Assembly: GCA_013115125.1 (NCBI GenBank)
Contig: JABANN010000107.1
Location: forward strand, 1 to 64,000
Reading direction: 5' to 3'
From: Perkinsus olseni
Taxonomy: Eukaryota
Length of the DNA: 64,000 nt
Below the pieces are notes generated by a model. It did not search any database and was not told the DNA's origin. It saw nothing but the letters and a program-made list of their open reading frames with translations. This document shows, one piece after another, positions 62,906 to 64,000 of the stretch. How positions within the stretch are numbered: the stretch's first letter is position 1; every line of letters starts with the position of its first letter. The position numbers and the translations under genes are program-made.

Positions 62906-64000
62906 TCATGGCATTGAGGGAAACGTTGGCCTCCTGGACATCGATATTTCCAACTTGGCGGGCCCATAGGTCAACCTAGCTTTGACTTCAACCTCGGATA
63001 TATCAGAACTGTGCTTTATGTCTGAGGAGATTACATCGTGGGTGGAGCCAAGTGGATTGAATAAAGAGACTCAAATTATTCAGCGTAAATCACGCCTAAC
63101 TGCCGTAGGTCTGAAGCGATCTATTTGTAGGCCCGTATGCCGAACAGTATGTCAGCAAGCAAGAAGGCACTTCTTAGAGCCGAACGTTGGTTCTGATGTG
63201 CACGAAAGAAGTGCGTTAGGAAAGCTGTGCTCGTGGCACCATGCGACTCCGTCTTCTGAATTTAATCTCGATGATGGTTCGTCATCCGAGATCGGGGCAC
63301 AATGTTCAAGTCGCGAGGGCATCCCCGTCTACGACCCTCAAAGGACGCACCTGAACGAGCTGCCGCCCTCAGCGTTGCTGCGCATCTGTTTTCCTGTGAG
63401 GGTAACTATCCAAGTCCCCTCTGGCACTTCATGCCCTCGAACTGACACGTTGGCTGTGGTTTCGTTTACGAGCAGCGGAACCGGTGATTTAAGCTGACGT
63501 GAGTGTGTTAAGAGGGGGCGCACGAAGTGGAGAGCAGCTTACGCGTAGGGTTTCCAGAATACAGCTCTCCACGAAGGGGAGTTGGTCAAGATCGTCGTTG
63601 GTCTCCGGATCGTGGCCGAGAATGTCCACTTCTTCCCGAGCTCTCGCTTGTGCATCAGGATAGAGACAGAGGTAGTAGAGGCACCAGGAGAGAGCGGCAG
63701 ATGTGGTCTCACTGCCAGCGAAGAACAGCCTGAACAACAATAAGATCAGTCGCTCGAACATCGTAGGAACGGTCAGCTCACGTCACAATATTCCCCTCGA
63801 AGTCGTGCTTGTCCAATTGCAGGAGCCCGCTGAGTAGATCCGATCTTTCACGTCCTTCCCATTCTGCCCTCCTCTGCACGGCGAGATCATCCGCGAACTT
63901 GTTCAGTCGATCGATACTTGCATAGAACTGGGCGGAGAAGAACGACACTGCCTGTCATCCTCGACACGCAATTCACCTTCTTTATTATCGGGTTCAGATT
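62906..64000 (-). CDS. Cytochrome P450, 3' part (5' end beyond window); possibly defective
   Basis: I-helix LFFAGSETTSAALSWCLYYL, K-helix ILETLR (ExxR), then LKSPVPLLVNETT..VRGHEVPEGTWI. I could not find the heme-binding FxxGxRxCxG. Confidence 0.8.

Overview
Gene-dense eukaryotic genomic DNA with many short GT-AG introns. The gene content and intron style suggest an alveolate protist, most likely a perkinsid; this is inference. Housekeeping genes recognised by motif after manual exon joining: a p25alpha/TPPP-domain protein, an ankyrin-repeat protein, a macrodomain protein, two intronless amino-acid permeases, PWP2, exportin-T, phosphoacetylglucosamine mutase, an inward-rectifier K+ channel, syntaxin-6, MTFP1/MTP18, RPL29, a HAD-IIA phosphatase, a PLC-type PH-domain protein and a partial cytochrome P450. 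Between them lie decayed non-LTR retroelement fragments and two tandem arrays of intronless genes I cannot assign to a family. The most striking feature is a five-copy array at 48.4-56.4 kb. Its paralogues are highly divergent except for an internal ~230-260 nt in-frame block that is almost identical in every copy and has staggered end-points, consistent with patchy gene conversion. Also notable: a four-copy array of small secreted proteins alternating disrupted and intact copies (36-39.7 kb), a C2H2-like finger inserted in the Kir channel, a DUF1752-like motif apparently fused to the HAD phosphatase, and a perfect 24-bp inverted repeat with neighbouring hairpins in a divergent intergenic region. 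Multi-exon coordinates are ATG-to-stop spans from splicing by eye and are approximate.
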